DNA of 64,000 nt from Leptogorgia sarmentosa (Eukaryota), in the NCBI GenBank assembly GCA_964658305.1, contig OZ210885.1:17422001-17486000 (forward strand). The letters run 5' to 3'. The position numbers were made by a program, and so were the translations under genes. The notes beneath the pieces are model-generated. The model was given only the letters and a program-made list of their open reading frames with translations, searched no databases and was not told the origin of the DNA. Of this stretch, positions 60,496 through 64,000 are shown in pieces. Position 1 is the first letter of the stretch. The number at the start of each line of letters is the position of its first letter.

Positions 60496-61130
60496 GTTCC
60501 TGTGTAGAAGGAACCACCGCGATGTCGCTCTGGCGAACGCTCGCCCATATAACCTCTATAAACTCGTCCCTGACGAAACCTCGCCCACATCAACCACTGG
60601 AATTGCTGTGTGGCGAAATCTCGCCCCCACAGCATCTATAAGCTGGTCGCTCGCGAAATCTCGCACCTATTGACGACGGCAAACTCGTGCCTGGCGAAAC
60701 CTCGCCCAGGTCAACCACTGTAATTGCTGTGTGGCGAAATCTCACCCCCACAGCATCTAGAAGCTGGTCGCTCGCGAAATCTCGCGCCTATTGACGACGG
60801 CAAACTCGTGCCTGGCGAAACCTCGCCCACGTCAACCACTGTAATTGCTGTGTGGCGAAATCTCGCCCGGACAGCATCTATAAGCTGGTCGCTCGCGAAA
60901 TCTTGCGCCGATTGACGAAACCTCGCCCATATAACATCTAACTCGTCGCTCGCGAAATCTCGCGCATAGTGAACGACTGTATCAGCTCGGGCCAAATTCC
61001 GCTGAATTTAGCTACAGCACGTCATCTCTGGCGAAATCTCGCCCACAGTAACCACTGTAATCTCATCTCTGACGAAAGCCCGCCAATATTAAGCACGGTG
61101 ACCTCACCACTGGCGAAATCTCGCCCATAT
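60496..61130. repeat. 121-bp tandem repeat block 2, direct copy of block 1 including its unique leader
   Basis: Both blocks begin GTTCCTGTGTAGAAGGAACCACCGC.ATGTCGCTCTGGCGAACGCTCGCCC; units at ~60560, 60681, 60802, then degenerate. Confidence 0.9.
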
Positions 61131-62142
61131 CACACAAGGTAGGCGCGTTCATAACGAATAATATCACACAAGGTAGGCGCGTTCATAACGAATAATTATG
61201 CATAGACATCATGTTTTCTCGGCCTGACGAGCAAATCACCAACACTGCATGAGTGAGCACAATGACAAGAAATGACAAGAGGGAATAAGGATTGTAATTA
61301 CTTTAAATATTGCAGTTCCTCCAACTCATTGTCGTTTGGCACTGGGCGTTTGGATTTGCCACTGGCGGCGCGGGGCCGGCTTGTCCGACGTGAGCGTCCA
61401 TCGGTTCTTGAAGAGGTTCCTCGGGGAACTGAACGTGTTCTTCGGCCATGATAGAATTTGGGTGAGTCGTGTTCCCTTCCAACAAAAGATCGCCACTTGC
61501 TTCTCAACGGTGTAACTGAACAAGAGCCGAGTTTATGGCGTTTTCCACCTTTTATAGCTTTGTTACCCATTCATGCGCATAATCTATGCCATTATGCTTG
61601 ATAATACCTTTGTTTGTCCTTAATTTGTTGTTCGCATATCATTACGAGCATTGAGAATAGCCATATGTTAATATATATGCATACAATATATGCTGATATT
61701 ACAATATGCAAAACCAAAATTGTTTAATATTATTCATAAGGTGTGAGTTTCAGTGTTTTTTAGCAGAAGTTGCATACCACGATTTTACACACATTTCTTG
61801 AACTGTGTCTTTATGTAGATGATCAGTTCCATTGCTATAATTCTTCTATTTGAATTATTTCTAAATCACTCATTCACTCTTCATTCTTGAACTGAATATA
61901 ATTTCGATTGATCTTATAAATATCCATTGATATTTTCGTAATTTTCACGTCTGGCATAGTTTTAATTTTTGAATACTTCTGAAGTTGTTAAAATTTCGAA
62001 GAGAATTCAAGACCAGAGATACAGATACCACGAACTTCTTCTCGCACTCCTATTCGGCACCCATTGTTGCTTTATTATTGGGAAATACTGTTCTGTCTCA
62101 ACAGCCAATCAGACTCGCCCAAATTCATGAAGTCTGCCATCC

Positions 62143-62970
62143 TTGTATAAAGCCTTTACTGAAGTTGCTAAAAAGTTGTTCGAGTTTATTCATGAAACTG
62201 ACGATTTAAACCCGGAAAATATTGCGAAAACATATTGCTTTCATCCTGCCTGTTATCGAAGTTTTACAGACAAAAGTAAACTTGATAGAGCCAAAACTAT
62301 GTTGACTAATGCTGCCGATCGCAAGCGAGTGGCCGATGACAATACTCAGACCAACTGTCCGAGACCAGAAAAAGTGACGCAAACTACTCGACAATCTTTT
62401 CCTGCTCGATCATCAAATGTTTTGCCTGAGATTTGTCTAATATGTGTTTTTGTAATATTAATTTATTCCAAAGTATTTTAATGTCTCAATAAAAACATAG
62501 TACAGTATGGTTATCAGGCCACAGGATTTGAGGGGCTGACCTGAACTTGCCCTAACCCCTATTTTCAGTTCTTCCGAAACCATATACTTTTTGTATCTTT
62601 TTATATCCCCGCCAACAAAATTTTCATCAGAAACAAATACTCATATTTGCAGGCAACGAAAAAATGTGTTAAATACGAGTTATCATTGGCTCAAACTGTG
62701 ACGGCCAGGAGATTAGAGGAGGCGGCATTGTTAAGGAACGATCAAAGCATTCTCATTCATATCTGTGGGAGAGACTGTGTTGCTATTGAAGCCAGGTACC
62801 ACAAACGATGTTACCAGACGTATACGGCATGCCTTTTAAGAGAAAGGAAGATCATTGGTCCAACCTTGTATGACAAAGCTTTTGATAAGTTTTGTTTAGA
62901 AATAATCGAGAAGAGAATCGTCAAGAATAAAGAAGTTCTATTACTTGGCAATTTGTTAATTAAAAATTCA
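62143..62970 (+). pseudogene. N-terminal fragment of another Academ-like transposase gene
   Basis: FHPACYRSF, CLIC, DCVAIEARYHKRCY matches WHKKCRLKF, CFFC, DMIAIEAKYHHDCL of ORF 25019-25738. Confidence 0.7.
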
Positions 62971-64000
62971 ATATGGCGGCCAGAGTGCCAAAACGCGATT
63001 TAGCCGGTAGTGCGGATGTAGTCAGTAAAATGGAAATGAAGAACGAAGATTTGCAGGAGTTCTCGAATATATTCGCTTCTGAGTTTAACAGCAAAGGAAT
63101 ACATGACCGAGTTCTTTGTTTCCAGATCATTGATGAAGCGGAGTTCAAGAGAAATGACGATTCAAACGGCAGTGATGAAATTGCGTGTGAAAATGAAATT
63201 AGCAGTAGCAGTGCAGCATTGAGCTGCTCGCTTCAACCTCGCAAAAAAGGTTAGGATTTAGATTTACACGAAGATATTTTCTGTGTTTTGGGAGGAACAC
63301 TGTTTATTTTAAGATTTGTTTAATAGCGCAAACTTAGAGCAGACTGCAGACAGGGATATTTCCTTGGCAATTTCCAGTGTTTTGACGACAAATTCTTGGC
63401 AGCCCAGGGCAGGGATGCGCAAAGAATACATGATCAAAATTCCAGAATAGCAAGGGTTTCTTCCTGTCAGCCATTTAATTATATTAATTTACAACACATC
63501 TTTTAATTTCTTGTTTCTTCTCTTTGCCCCCCCCCCCCCCCCCCCCTCTTGAGCCTGATGTTGTGTGTAATCCCCCCTCCATGCACCTTTGAAAGTTCTT
63601 GTTACTACATGTTGCTAAGCATCGATTGAGTTGAAGAATTAATTTAACTTAATACACCTAGGTTCACAAAAAAGATCCTTGCCACATTCCTTGTGGGAAC
63701 CTGGATTGAAGGCCACAGCAAGTCCTGTTAAGTATGTAGTTAAATTTTCCTAGTACTACAGCTAGTTTAGTTAACCAAGTATCTAGGTAAATCTTCTTAT
63801 TGAAACAGTTGAGTGTTGCAACAGTTAAGTTGGGCACACATGCAATAACCATGAATTTAATAATAATCAATATTTTGTGGCTATTAAACTTGTGGTTTAA
63901 TAGTCACAAAAAGATCCTAGTGTTGATGTCGTTAAACCTTCTTGTATAGGTCAGCTCGAATGTACACACTTTCCTTATCACCTCCTTCTATAGATTTGAA

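Noticed and set aside
57465..61130. CRISPR-like look of regularly spaced palindromic repeats
   Set aside because: Intervening sequences are themselves repeated (no unique spacers), no cas genes, eukaryotic context.
63527..63546. Poly-C run
   Set aside because: Isolated homopolymer, no supportable function.

Overview
Eukaryotic, AT-rich, spliced-gene-containing animal DNA (the repeat families look anthozoan/cnidarian-like; this is inference) made almost entirely of intact or recently decayed transposable elements, many nested, most with termini and target-site duplications (TSDs) readable by eye. In order: a 9.8-kb Mutator (MULE) element with a 9-bp TSD whose single spliced gene joins an OTU-like cysteine protease to a GCM-type/MULE/SWIM transposase; a long-TIR DD41D Tc1/mariner; a HECT-domain gene facing an IS3-like (IS3EU-type) transposase, the pair shattered by a 6-bp-TSD hAT, a second DD41D element and a BEL/Pao retrotransposon that itself contains an Academ (DDE + XPG/FEN1-like) element containing a second BEL/Pao; a U1 snRNA pseudogene; a second 6-bp-TSD hAT; a Kolobok derivative; a trypsin-fold (Nal1/Ssy5-like) protease pseudogene split by a DD37E element and by a 476-bp inversion; and a 121-bp-repeat element (probably tyrosine-recombinase retroelement-derived) split by a CR1/L2-group LINE. 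13 of 17 orientable elements, including all six retroelements, lie on the minus strand, compatible with a uni-strand piRNA-cluster-like TE trap. No intact ordinary host gene was found. Family names come from motif recognition, not database searches.
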